Origin: Thermoanaerobaculia bacterium
Lineage (GTDB): Bacteria; Acidobacteriota; Thermoanaerobaculia; UBA5066; Gp7-AA6
DNA: 62,845 nucleotides
NCBI GenBank assembly: GCA_035500755.1
Contig: DATJXB010000045.1
Location: forward strand, 1 to 62,845
Reading direction: 5' to 3'
The notes below the pieces were generated by a model that searched no databases, was not told where the DNA came from, and was given only the letters and a program-made list of their open reading frames with translations. Shown one piece after another: positions 20,467 to 28,452 of the stretch (position 1 is the first letter of the stretch; the number at the start of each line of letters is the position of its first letter). Both the position numbers and the translations under genes were made by a program.

Positions 20467-21432
20467 TCAAAGGCGGGGCCTCGCGGCGACGTATTCGGCG
20501 AGCCGGAGGAGGTCGACGTTGCCGCCCGACAGGACGACGCCGACCCGCTTGTCCGAAAAGTCGGCCTTGCGGTGGCGCACCGCCGCCGCCCCGGCCGCGC
20601 CCGAGGGCTCGACGAGGACCTTCATGCGCTCGAGCATCCAGGAGAGCGTCTCGATCATCTCGGCGTCCGAGACGAGGAGGACGTCTTTGACCGCGCGCTG
20701 CACGATCGGAAACGTCAGCTTGCCGGGCGAGGTCACGCGCAGGCCGTCGGCGATCGTCGGATTCTCGGCGACCTCGACGCGCTTTCCCGCCTGGAGCGAC
20801 TGCTTGGTGTCGGCCGCGGACTCGGGCTCGGCGCCGTAGATCGCGATGCCGGGCCGCAGCCGCTCGGCCGCCGTCGCCCAGCCGCCGAGAAGGCCGCCGC
20901 CCGAGACGGGGACGACGACCGCGTCGAGGTCGGGAACCTCCTCGAGCAGCTCCACCGCGCCCGTCGCCTGGCCCGCCATGATGAGCTCGTCGTCGAACGG
21001 CGGGACGAGCACGGCGCCCCGCTCGCGGCAGATCTCTTCGGCGAGGTCGTCGCGGCTCTGCGTGGCGCGGTCGTAGAGAACCACCTCGGCGCCGTAGCCC
21101 CGCGTCGCGTCGATCTTCGCCTGCGGCGCGTCGGTCGGCATGACGACGGTCGCGCGGATGCCGAGGAGCTTGGAGACCAGCGCCACGGCCTGCGCGTGGT
21201 TGCCCGACGAGAAGGCCACGACGGCGGGCACGGGGCGCCGCTCGGCCTCCGCCTTGATCTTGTTGTACGCGCCGCGAAACTTGAAGGCGCCGCCGCGCTG
21301 AAGGTTCTCGGCCTTGAAGAAAACCTTCGCGCCCGCGGCTTCGTCGAACTGGCGCGAGGTCAGCACCGGCGTGCGGTGCGCGACGCCCTCGAGACGCTTC
21401 CGGGCCTGCTGGATGTCCTCCCACGTCGGCAT
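20467..21432 (-). CDS. PLP-dependent threonine ammonia-lyase / serine-threonine dehydratase family
   Basis: C-terminal 321 aa of track ORF 20467-22749, starting MPTWEDIQQARKRLEG. PLP-lysine motif ENLQRGGAFKFRGAYNK and glycine loop VPVSGGGLLGG. Confidence 0.85.
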   Translation of the reverse strand: MPTWEDIQQARKRLEGVAHRTPVLTSRQFDEAAGAKVFFKAENLQRGGAFKFRGAYNKIKAEAERRPVPAVVAFSSGNHAQAVALVSKLLGIRATVVMPTDAPQAKIDATRGYGAEVVLYDRATQSRDDLAEEICRERGAVLVPPFDDELIMAGQATGAVELLEEVPDLDAVVVPVSGGGLLGGWATAAERLRPGIAIYGAEPESAADTKQSLQAGKRVEVAENPTIADGLRVTSPGKLTFPIVQRAVKDVLLVSDAEMIETLSWMLERMKVLVEPSGAAGAAAVRHRKADFSDKRVGVVLSGGNVDLLRLAEYVAARPRL

Positions 21433-21449
21433 GTTGGGTCGTGTCCTCC

Positions 21450-22802
21450 CTAGACCGCCGCAGCCGCCGCCGGCGCGATCCCCGCTTTCCATGCCGCGAT
21501 CGCCGCGAGCGCGCGGTCCACCATCTGCTGGCGCCGCACCTGCTTGTCGCGCACCGGCGAGTGCGACGTGTCTTCGATCAAGCCGAACGTCACGTTCATC
21601 GGCTCGAACTTCTCGGACGGCGGCCGCTCCGAGCAGTGCCGCGCGAGCGACCCGATCGCCGACGTGTACGGCGCCGGCACGGGCTCGCGCCCCTCGAGCA
21701 GCTGCGCGATCGCGAGGCCCACCGCCAGCCCCGTCGCCGCGCTCTCGACGTAGCCCTCGACGCCCGTGATCTGCCCCGCGAAGAAGATCCGCGGCTCTTT
21801 TCGCATCCGGAAGAAACGGTCCAGGTGCGCCGGCGCGTGGATGTACGTGTTGCGGTGGAGCATCCCGTAGCGCGCGAAGACGGCGTTCTCGAGGCCCGGA
21901 ATCCTGCGAAAGACCCGCTGCTGCTCGGGAATTTTCAGCTTCGTCTGAAAGCCGACGAGGTTGTAGTGCTCCTTCGCGAGGTCGTCCTGGCGCAGCTGCA
22001 CCACGGCCCACGGGTTCTTTCCGGTGCGCGGGTCGGGCAGCCCCATCGGTTTCATCGGCCCGTGGCGCAGCGTCTCGACGCCCCGCTCGGCCATGACCTC
22101 GATCGGGAGACATCCTTCGAAGTACACGCCCTTCTCGAAGTCCTTGACCGGAACGGTCTCGCCCGACAGCAGGGCCGCGACGAAGGCCTCGTACTCGTCG
22201 CGCGTCATCGGACAGTTCCAGTAGTCCTCGCCCGCGCCCTTGCCGTAGCGCGAGAGCGCGTACATCTTCGAGAAGTCGAGCGAGGAGGCTTCGACGATCG
22301 GCGCCATCGAGTCGTAGAAGTAGAGGTCCTCGGTGCCGAGGAGCTCCCCGATCGCGCGGTCGAGCGCCGGGGACGTCAGCGGGCCCGTCGCCAGGACGAC
22401 GAACCCGTCGGAAGGAGGCGGGATCGCCCGGGCTTCTTCCCGCACGAGATCGATCTCGGGCCGCGCGGAGAGGGCTTCGGTGACGAGCCCCGCGAAAACG
22501 TTCCGGTCCATCGCGAGCGCGTCGCCGGCCGGCACGGCGGCGGCGCGGGCGCAACGGATGACGAGCGAGTCGAGCGCCTCCATCTCGCGTTTCAAGAGAC
22601 CGACGGCATTGCGCGGGTTGTCGGACCGGAAGGAGTTGGAGCAGACGAGCTCGGCGCAGCGGTCCGTCTGGTGCGCCGAGGTCGTCACGCGCGGCCGCAT
22701 TTCGAGCAGGCGCACGCGGTGTCCGCGGCGGGCGAGCTGCCAGGCGCACTCGGAGCCGGCGAGACCGGCGCCGACGATGGTGACGGGAGCAGGCGTGCCC
22801 AT
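21450..22802 (-). CDS. trmFO: Methylenetetrahydrofolate--tRNA-(uracil-5-)-methyltransferase TrmFO
   Basis: 450 aa. FAD-binding VTIVGAGLAGSECAWQLA, then AELVCSNSFRSD and GQITGVEGYVESAA. Confidence 0.95.
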   Translation of the reverse strand: MGTPAPVTIVGAGLAGSECAWQLARRGHRVRLLEMRPRVTTSAHQTDRCAELVCSNSFRSDNPRNAVGLLKREMEALDSLVIRCARAAAVPAGDALAMDRNVFAGLVTEALSARPEIDLVREEARAIPPPSDGFVVLATGPLTSPALDRAIGELLGTEDLYFYDSMAPIVEASSLDFSKMYALSRYGKGAGEDYWNCPMTRDEYEAFVAALLSGETVPVKDFEKGVYFEGCLPIEVMAERGVETLRHGPMKPMGLPDPRTGKNPWAVVQLRQDDLAKEHYNLVGFQTKLKIPEQQRVFRRIPGLENAVFARYGMLHRNTYIHAPAHLDRFFRMRKEPRIFFAGQITGVEGYVESAATGLAVGLAIAQLLEGREPVPAPYTSAIGSLARHCSERPPSEKFEPMNVTFGLIEDTSHSPVRDKQVRRQQMVDRALAAIAAWKAGIAPAAAAAV

Positions 22803-22832
22803 GGGACCGCCGATTCTAATCGGAAGGGAGGG

Positions 22833-23243
22833 TCAGGCCTTGCGCCGCCGGGACAACGGGACGACGAAGCGGATCGACGTCAGCCGCGCCGAGAACGCCG
22901 CCACCTTGTTGTCAACGAGGCCGGCCGAGAGTCCCGCTTTCTGGACGTCGACCCAGCGATACGGGAAACCGAGCTCCGCGGCGAAGGGCTGCTTCGGCAG
23001 CACGACCCAGAGCGAGCCCGCCGGCTCGAGGGCCTTGCCGAGCTCGCGAAAGAACGCCGACAGCGAGCCCTCCCCCGGCACCTCCGCCATCACCCAGGCC
23101 TGCGGCTCCGGCGGCAGCGCGTCGACGCGCTCGACGAGCGGACCGAAGATCTGGCGCAGCGTCCGGACGAACTCGGGCGAACGGCCGAGTGCGCGGGCCA
23201 CGGCGCTTCCCGGCAGCGAGAATTTTTCCCAGGGCGCCTTCAT
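22833..23243 (-). CDS. Hypothetical protein, DUF3052-like
   Basis: 136-aa ORF in the correct operon orientation between topA and trmFO. The C-terminal GLVDNKVAAFSARLTSIRFV resembles my recollection of DUF3052; not verifiable here. Confidence 0.5.
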   Translation of the reverse strand: MKAPWEKFSLPGSAVARALGRSPEFVRTLRQIFGPLVERVDALPPEPQAWVMAEVPGEGSLSAFFRELGKALEPAGSLWVVLPKQPFAAELGFPYRWVDVQKAGLSAGLVDNKVAAFSARLTSIRFVVPLSRRRKA

Positions 23244-23260
23244 CTCTGAATTCTCCCTCT

Positions 23261-23280
23261 ACCCCTCCGGGAAGAGGGGT
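23261..23280. repeat. Short GC hairpin of the same GAGGGG/CCCCTC family as 8456-8655
   Basis: ACCCCTC(23261-23267) pairs with GAGGGGT(23274-23280) around a 6-nt loop, between the topA stop (23298) and the next gene start (23243). No U-tract, so not a canonical intrinsic terminator. Confidence 0.5.
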
Positions 23281-23297
23281 CGGGATGAGGGGCGCGC

Positions 23298-25955
23298 CTA
23301 CGCCTTGGCGCTCCTGGCCGCCCGAGGCTTCTTGACGGCTTTCGCCGCCGTCGCCTTCGCCGTCTTCGGCGTCTTCGGCGCCTTAGCCGTCTTCGGCACT
23401 TTCGCGGCAACGACGGGCGCCGGCGGCTCGGGCGGCGCCTCGGGAACGACCTCGACGATCGGCGGCAGCTCGCCCGGCGGCTTCTCGAAACCGCAGCCGG
23501 GTTTATCGCACGCGAAGACGTTGCCGGACTTGCGCTCGCGGAAGAGCAGGTACGGGTTGCCGCATTGCGGGCACTTCTCCGGGACCGGCCGCACCGACAG
23601 CGAGTAGTCGCAGTTCGGGTAGTTCACGCAGCCATAGAACGGCCGGAAGCGGCCGCGGCGCTCGGCGATGATCCCGCCGTCTTTCGGACAGCGCACGCCC
23701 GTGTCCTTGATGGGCTTGGGCGGCTTGTACTTGCAGGCCGGGTAGTTCGAGCAGGAAACGTAGGCGCCGTAGCGGCCGTGCCGGCGCACGAGCTCGTGGC
23801 CGCAGCGCGGGCACATCTGGCCCGTCGGCTCGTCCGGCTTGGCCTCGGCCTTGCCGCCGGCGACCGCGATGTTGACCACATTGCGGCACTTCGGGTACGC
23901 GGTGCATCCGAGAAACGTCGAGCCCGTGCGGCTCTGACGCACCTTCATCGGCTCGCCGCACTCGTCGCACGTGATCTTCTCGATCTCCGACATGTCGACG
24001 GCGTCTTCTTCGGGGTCGGGGATGTCCTGGGTGAACGTGCAGTCGGGATAGCCGCTGCACGCGATGAAGAGGCCGTTCTTGCCCATGCGGAGCTTCAACT
24101 TCTTGCCGCACTGGGGACACTTCTCGTCGATCGCGGGGACGACCGAAAGCTTGAGCTTCTTCGCCTGCGCGAGCGGAATCCCGGCCTTGCCCGAAACCAT
24201 GTCGTCGAGCGCGCGGTTGCGGTCGCGCGTGAAGGTCTTGTCGAACTCCGCGAGCGCCTTGGTCCACGGGAGCTTGCCTTCTTCGACTTCGTCGAGCGCC
24301 TGCTCCATGCGGGCCGTGTAGGAGGTCTCGAAGAAGTCGTCGAAGTACGGGATCAGCAGCTCGATGACCGTGCGCCCGAGCGCCGTCGGGATGAAGCGGC
24401 GGTCCTTGCGGTGGACGTAGCGCCGTTCTTCGATCTTGCGGAGGATCTCGGCGTAGGTCGACGGGCGCCCGATGCCGTTTTCCTCGAGGAACTTCACGAG
24501 CGAAGCCTCGTTGAAGCGCGGCGGCGGCTGCGTCTCCTTCTTCTCGGGCTTGACCTCGACGAGCTTGAGCACCTCGCCTTCGGAAAGCGGCGGCAGCTTC
24601 GGCGAGTCCTTGTCGGCGTCGTCCTCGTCCTCGTCGGAGATCCCGTAGGCGGCGAGGTAGCCCGCGAACTTCAGCGTCGAGCCCGAGGCGCGGTAGACGG
24701 CCCGGCCCGCCGTGATCTCGGCCGCGGTCGTGTCGTAGACCGCCGGCGACATCTGCGACGCCACGAAACGCTGCCAGATCAGCCGGTAGAGCTTCGCCTC
24801 GTCGGGCGCCACGTGCTTCTCGACTTCCTCGGGCGGCAGGTCGAGGTATGTCGGGCGGATCGCCTCGTGCGCGTCCTGCGTGTCGCGCCGGCTCTTGAAG
24901 TAGCGCGGCGATTCGGGAAGCGAGGGCGCGCCGTAGACCGCCCCGATGTGCTCGCGCACCACGGTGAGCGCTTCCTGGGAGACGCGCGTCGAGTCCGTGC
25001 GCATGTAAGTGATGAGACCCACCGTGCCGCGGCCCGGAATCTCGCGCCCCTCGTAGAGGCGCTGCGCGATCTGCATCGTGCGGCGTACGGCGAAGGAGAG
25101 CCGGCGCGCCGCCGCCTGCTGGAGCTGCGAGGTGATGAACGGCGGCGCCGGGTTCTTGCGGCGCTCGGAAGACTCGACCGCGGTGACCGTCCAGGTCGCT
25201 CCCGAGACCTCGTCCCGGACGCGAAGCGCCGCGGCTTCGTTCCCGAGGCGGGGGTCCGCGCCGTCGAACTTGAGCTTCTCGCCGTCGAACGTCGAAAGGC
25301 GCGCCGTGAAGGGGAACGGCGGAGTCAACGCCTTCGAAGCCGGCGTCGGCGCCGGTTCGAGCTGGGCGTCCACCGTCCAGTACTCGACCGGGACGAAAGC
25401 CTCGATCTCGTTCTCGCGCTCGCAGATGATCCGGAGCGCGACCGTCTGCACGCGGCCGGCCGAGAGGCCACGCCAGATCTTCTTCCAGAGCAGATCCGAG
25501 ACTTCGTAGCCGACGAGACGGTCGATGATGCGGCGCGCCTGCTGCGCGTCGACGAGCCGGCCGTCGATCTCGCCGGCCTGCTCCATCGCGGCGAGCACGG
25601 CCTTCTTGGTGATCTCGTTGAAGCGAACGCGCCGGAAGTTCGTCTTCCCCGCACCGGGCTTCAGGGCCTCCTGGAGATGCCAGGAGATCGCCTCGCCCTC
25701 GCGGTCGGGGTCGGCCGCGAGGTAGACGTTCTCGGCCTTCTTCGCCGCCTTCTTGAGCTCGTTGATCGTCTTTTCCTTGCCGACGAGCAGCTCGTAGGAC
25801 GGTTTGTAGGCATGGGCGCGGTCCACCCCGAGGCCCTTGCGCGGCAAGTCGCGCACGTGGCCGTACGAGGCGAGCACCTTGAAGTCGCGGCCGAGGAACT
25901 TCTCGAGGGTTTTCGCCTTGGCCGGCGACTCGACGATGACGAGGGATTTGGGCAT
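23298..25955 (-). CDS. topA: DNA topoisomerase I
   Basis: 885 aa. Toprim N-terminus LVIVESPAKAKTLEKFLG, several C4 zinc ribbons (CPQCGKKL...CSGYPDC etc.) and a Lys/Ala/Pro-rich basic tail. Confidence 0.95.
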   Translation of the reverse strand: MPKSLVIVESPAKAKTLEKFLGRDFKVLASYGHVRDLPRKGLGVDRAHAYKPSYELLVGKEKTINELKKAAKKAENVYLAADPDREGEAISWHLQEALKPGAGKTNFRRVRFNEITKKAVLAAMEQAGEIDGRLVDAQQARRIIDRLVGYEVSDLLWKKIWRGLSAGRVQTVALRIICERENEIEAFVPVEYWTVDAQLEPAPTPASKALTPPFPFTARLSTFDGEKLKFDGADPRLGNEAAALRVRDEVSGATWTVTAVESSERRKNPAPPFITSQLQQAAARRLSFAVRRTMQIAQRLYEGREIPGRGTVGLITYMRTDSTRVSQEALTVVREHIGAVYGAPSLPESPRYFKSRRDTQDAHEAIRPTYLDLPPEEVEKHVAPDEAKLYRLIWQRFVASQMSPAVYDTTAAEITAGRAVYRASGSTLKFAGYLAAYGISDEDEDDADKDSPKLPPLSEGEVLKLVEVKPEKKETQPPPRFNEASLVKFLEENGIGRPSTYAEILRKIEERRYVHRKDRRFIPTALGRTVIELLIPYFDDFFETSYTARMEQALDEVEEGKLPWTKALAEFDKTFTRDRNRALDDMVSGKAGIPLAQAKKLKLSVVPAIDEKCPQCGKKLKLRMGKNGLFIACSGYPDCTFTQDIPDPEEDAVDMSEIEKITCDECGEPMKVRQSRTGSTFLGCTAYPKCRNVVNIAVAGGKAEAKPDEPTGQMCPRCGHELVRRHGRYGAYVSCSNYPACKYKPPKPIKDTGVRCPKDGGIIAERRGRFRPFYGCVNYPNCDYSLSVRPVPEKCPQCGNPYLLFRERKSGNVFACDKPGCGFEKPPGELPPIVEVVPEAPPEPPAPVVAAKVPKTAKAPKTPKTAKATAAKAVKKPRAARSAKA

Positions 25956-26146
25956 TTTTTGGTGGACCTGTCTTACAGGGCGACGGACGGTCTCACATCA
26001 GGCGTGAAAGAGCAAACCGTTGCCCGGCGAAAGTGGTCAACAGGAGCGTATTCCCGGGGACGCCGGAGGCAAGAGGCGGGAGGCAGGAACTCATTGACTC
26101 GCATTGGTCTTATCCCGCATCGCCGCATCCTGCGTCTCGCATCCCG

Positions 26147-27298
26147 TCACCGTCGCATCACCCCGTATCGCCCGCCCTCGACCGCGACCGCGATGCCGGC
26201 GCCTTCGAGCTCGAAGAGGCTCGCGAGCACCGTCGCGGCAGGCAGGTCGAGCGTGCGCGCGAGGTCCTCGGCCGAGAGTCCCTCCTCGCGCGAGAGCGCG
26301 TCGAGGATCCGGCGCGCCTCGGCCGAAATCTCCGCGGCCGCCGCCGGAGAGACCGACGCCGAAAGGCGCGGCGTCCCGATCGCCGGGAAGAGCTCGGCGA
26401 GCACGTCCTCGGCCCCGCGGCAGAGGATCGCGCCGTCGCGCAGGAGCTCGTGCGCGCCGATCGAGGTCGGCGAGAACACGGAGCCCGGCACCGCGAAGAC
26501 GTCGCGCCCGAAGTCGTTGGCCAGGCGCGCCGTGATGAGCGAGCCCGAGCGCCGCGACGCTTCGACGACCACCACACCGGACGACAGCCCCGCGATGATG
26601 CGGTTGCGGATCGGGAAGTTCTGAGGGCGCGGCTCGGAGCCGAGCGGGTATTCCGACAGGAGCAGGTGCTCTGCGGCCAGCCGCTCCTTGAGCCGCCCGT
26701 GCTCGCGCGGGTAGTCGACGTCCACGCCGCAGCCGAGGACGGCGATCGTGCCGCCGGGTCCCTCGAGGGCCGCCTCGTGAGCCGCGGCGTCAACGCCGCG
26801 GGCGAACCCGGAGACGACCGCGACGCCCGCCGCCGACAGCTCCCGCGACAGCCTCCAGGCGACGTCGCGGCCGTACCGGGTCGCGTCCCGGGAACCGACG
26901 ATCGCGACGGCGGGCAGGCGCAGGCGCTCGACGCGTCCAAGCGCATGGAGGACGAACGGCGGATCGGAGATCTCGCGCAGCGCCGCGGGGTACTCGTCCT
27001 CGAAGGCCGTCAGGAGCCGAACACCAGCGCGCTCAACGCCGGCAGCCCATCGCAGCCCCTCATCGTCGGCAGCGGCGCGCAGGACCGCCCGGGCCAGATC
27101 CTGAGATTTGAATTCCGCCGCGAGCTCGTCCTCGTCGGAGGCCAGGAGTGCCTCCAAACTGCCGCGCTCGCGCAGCACCGGCCAGAGGCGCTGGGGGGTC
27201 ACCGCGCGACCCCGCGCCCAGGAGAGGAGGGCGCGCCGCGAGTCCAGACCCGAGCTCACCGCTTTAACGTACTCCTCATGGAAAAGAGGCCGCGACAA
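26147..27298 (-). CDS. dprA: DNA processing protein DprA (Smf)
   Basis: 383 aa. Rossmann-like core IVGSRDATRYGRDVAWRLSRELSAAGVAVVSGFARGVDAAAH, C-terminal winged-helix-like domain, TTG start. Confidence 0.9.
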   Translation of the reverse strand: MSRPLFHEEYVKAVSSGLDSRRALLSWARGRAVTPQRLWPVLRERGSLEALLASDEDELAAEFKSQDLARAVLRAAADDEGLRWAAGVERAGVRLLTAFEDEYPAALREISDPPFVLHALGRVERLRLPAVAIVGSRDATRYGRDVAWRLSRELSAAGVAVVSGFARGVDAAAHEAALEGPGGTIAVLGCGVDVDYPREHGRLKERLAAEHLLLSEYPLGSEPRPQNFPIRNRIIAGLSSGVVVVEASRRSGSLITARLANDFGRDVFAVPGSVFSPTSIGAHELLRDGAILCRGAEDVLAELFPAIGTPRLSASVSPAAAAEISAEARRILDALSREEGLSAEDLARTLDLPAATVLASLFELEGAGIAVAVEGGRYGVMRR

Positions 27299-27326
27299 AT
27301 CGGGGGTTCCCGGCCGGGAGGAAACC

Positions 27327-27332
27327 TATAAT
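27327..27332 (+). promoter_or_regulatory. Candidate -10 box (TATAAT) for the 27370-31434 operon
   Basis: Perfect TATAAT in the dprA / lipoprotein divergent intergenic region, 38 nt upstream of the TTG start. GGAG Shine-Dalgarno at 27362-27365. No good -35 found. Confidence 0.35.
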
Positions 27333-27369
27333 ACCGACCCGGCCGCGGGCCGCGACGCGAAGGAGCCGC

Positions 27370-27738
27370 TTGAAGCTACACCGCACCGTCGTCATCTCCT
27401 TTCTAGTTGTCGCGGGAGCCTGCACGTCCTACTCCCACCCGGAGAAGGCGTCCACGCAAATCGCCTTTGGAACCGCCGTCGCGAAGAAAGGACTCTGGCG
27501 CGAGGCGGCGTTCCGCTACGAGCAGGCCGTCCAGAAATCGCCCGACAACGCGCGCGCCCACAACAACCTCGCCGTGGCGCTCGAGGCGAGCGGCGACTTC
27601 GCGCGCGCGCTGACGGAATACAAGAAGGCCCTCGAGATCGATCCCAACAACAACTACATCCGCCGGAACTACGCGCGTTTCGCCGAGTTTTACACCGCCT
27701 ACACGAAGACGACGGGAAAGGCCGCCGGTGCTCCGTAA
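27370..27738 (+). CDS. Small TPR-repeat lipoprotein
   Basis: 122 aa with lipobox VVAGAC. TPR consensus AFRYEQAVQKSPDNARAHNNLAVALEASGDFARALTEYKKALEIDPNN. TTG start. Confidence 0.75.
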   Translation: MKLHRTVVISFLVVAGACTSYSHPEKASTQIAFGTAVAKKGLWREAAFRYEQAVQKSPDNARAHNNLAVALEASGDFARALTEYKKALEIDPNNNYIRRNYARFAEFYTAYTKTTGKAAGAP

Positions 27739-28435
27739 GCTCGCGCGCGGCGCCGCGCTCCTCGCCGCCTTCTGGCTCGCGGCTTCGCCGGCGCTCGCCG
27801 GCGTCGACCAGGTCAAGCTCCGCCTGCCGTTGAAGCCCAAGCTGCCGCTGCGCGGCAACGAGCGGATCGCGCTGGCGCCGTTCATCCTCGTGACCGACCC
27901 GGAAAAGGCCAAGGACAAGCGCCTCGCCAACGTCGACGTGCAGGCCGAGTTCCACCGCTTCCTGAAGAAGCAGCTCGAGAAGAAGACCAAGTTCGACGTC
28001 ATCGAGACGCCGCCCGACGTCAAGCTGCCGACGCAGAATCTCGGGGACCTCGCGCGCGCCCAGGAATTCTGGGCCGCCGTCGGGACGCAGACCAACGCCG
28101 AGCTGATCGTCTCGGGCAGCCTCGAATTCCGGGTCGAGGACCGCTCCGGCTACAAGTCCGAGGAATACACGTCGCCGATCGACGGCCGCCAGTACACGCG
28201 CCAGGTCTACGTCGAGCAGACCGGCTTCGTCTTCGACATCGTGTTCCTCGTTCTCGACGGCCGGACCGGCGAGAAGCTCCTCCAGGACGAGTTCAAGGAC
28301 TTCCGCCAGACGGGCAGCAAGCAGCGCGACGAGCTCCAGGGCCTCTTCGAGAATCTGTTCTCGCTCGAGAACCAGATCCTGAACACCTTCGTCCCTCGCG
28401 ATCGCGAGGCCGAGCGGTACATCTTCACCGACTGA
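27728..28435 (+). CDS. Secreted protein of unknown function
   Basis: 235 aa with signal peptide ...LAASPALA|GV. GTG start overlaps the 3' end of the TPR gene by 11 nt. Normal, non-artefactual amino-acid composition. Confidence 0.65.
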   Translation: MLRKLARGAALLAAFWLAASPALAGVDQVKLRLPLKPKLPLRGNERIALAPFILVTDPEKAKDKRLANVDVQAEFHRFLKKQLEKKTKFDVIETPPDVKLPTQNLGDLARAQEFWAAVGTQTNAELIVSGSLEFRVEDRSGYKSEEYTSPIDGRQYTRQVYVEQTGFVFDIVFLVLDGRTGEKLLQDEFKDFRQTGSKQRDELQGLFENLFSLENQILNTFVPRDREAERYIFTD

Positions 28436-28452
28436 CACCCTCGAAGGACCGC

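Noticed and set aside
26100-26160. Five CGCAT(C/T) hexamers in about 60 nt at the dprA 3' end and dprA-topA spacer, considered as a possible binding-site array.
   Set aside because: Spacing is irregular (16, 8, 14 and 16 nt), part of it encodes the dprA C-terminus, and a GC-rich hexamer recurring a few times is not clearly beyond chance. I kept no claim.
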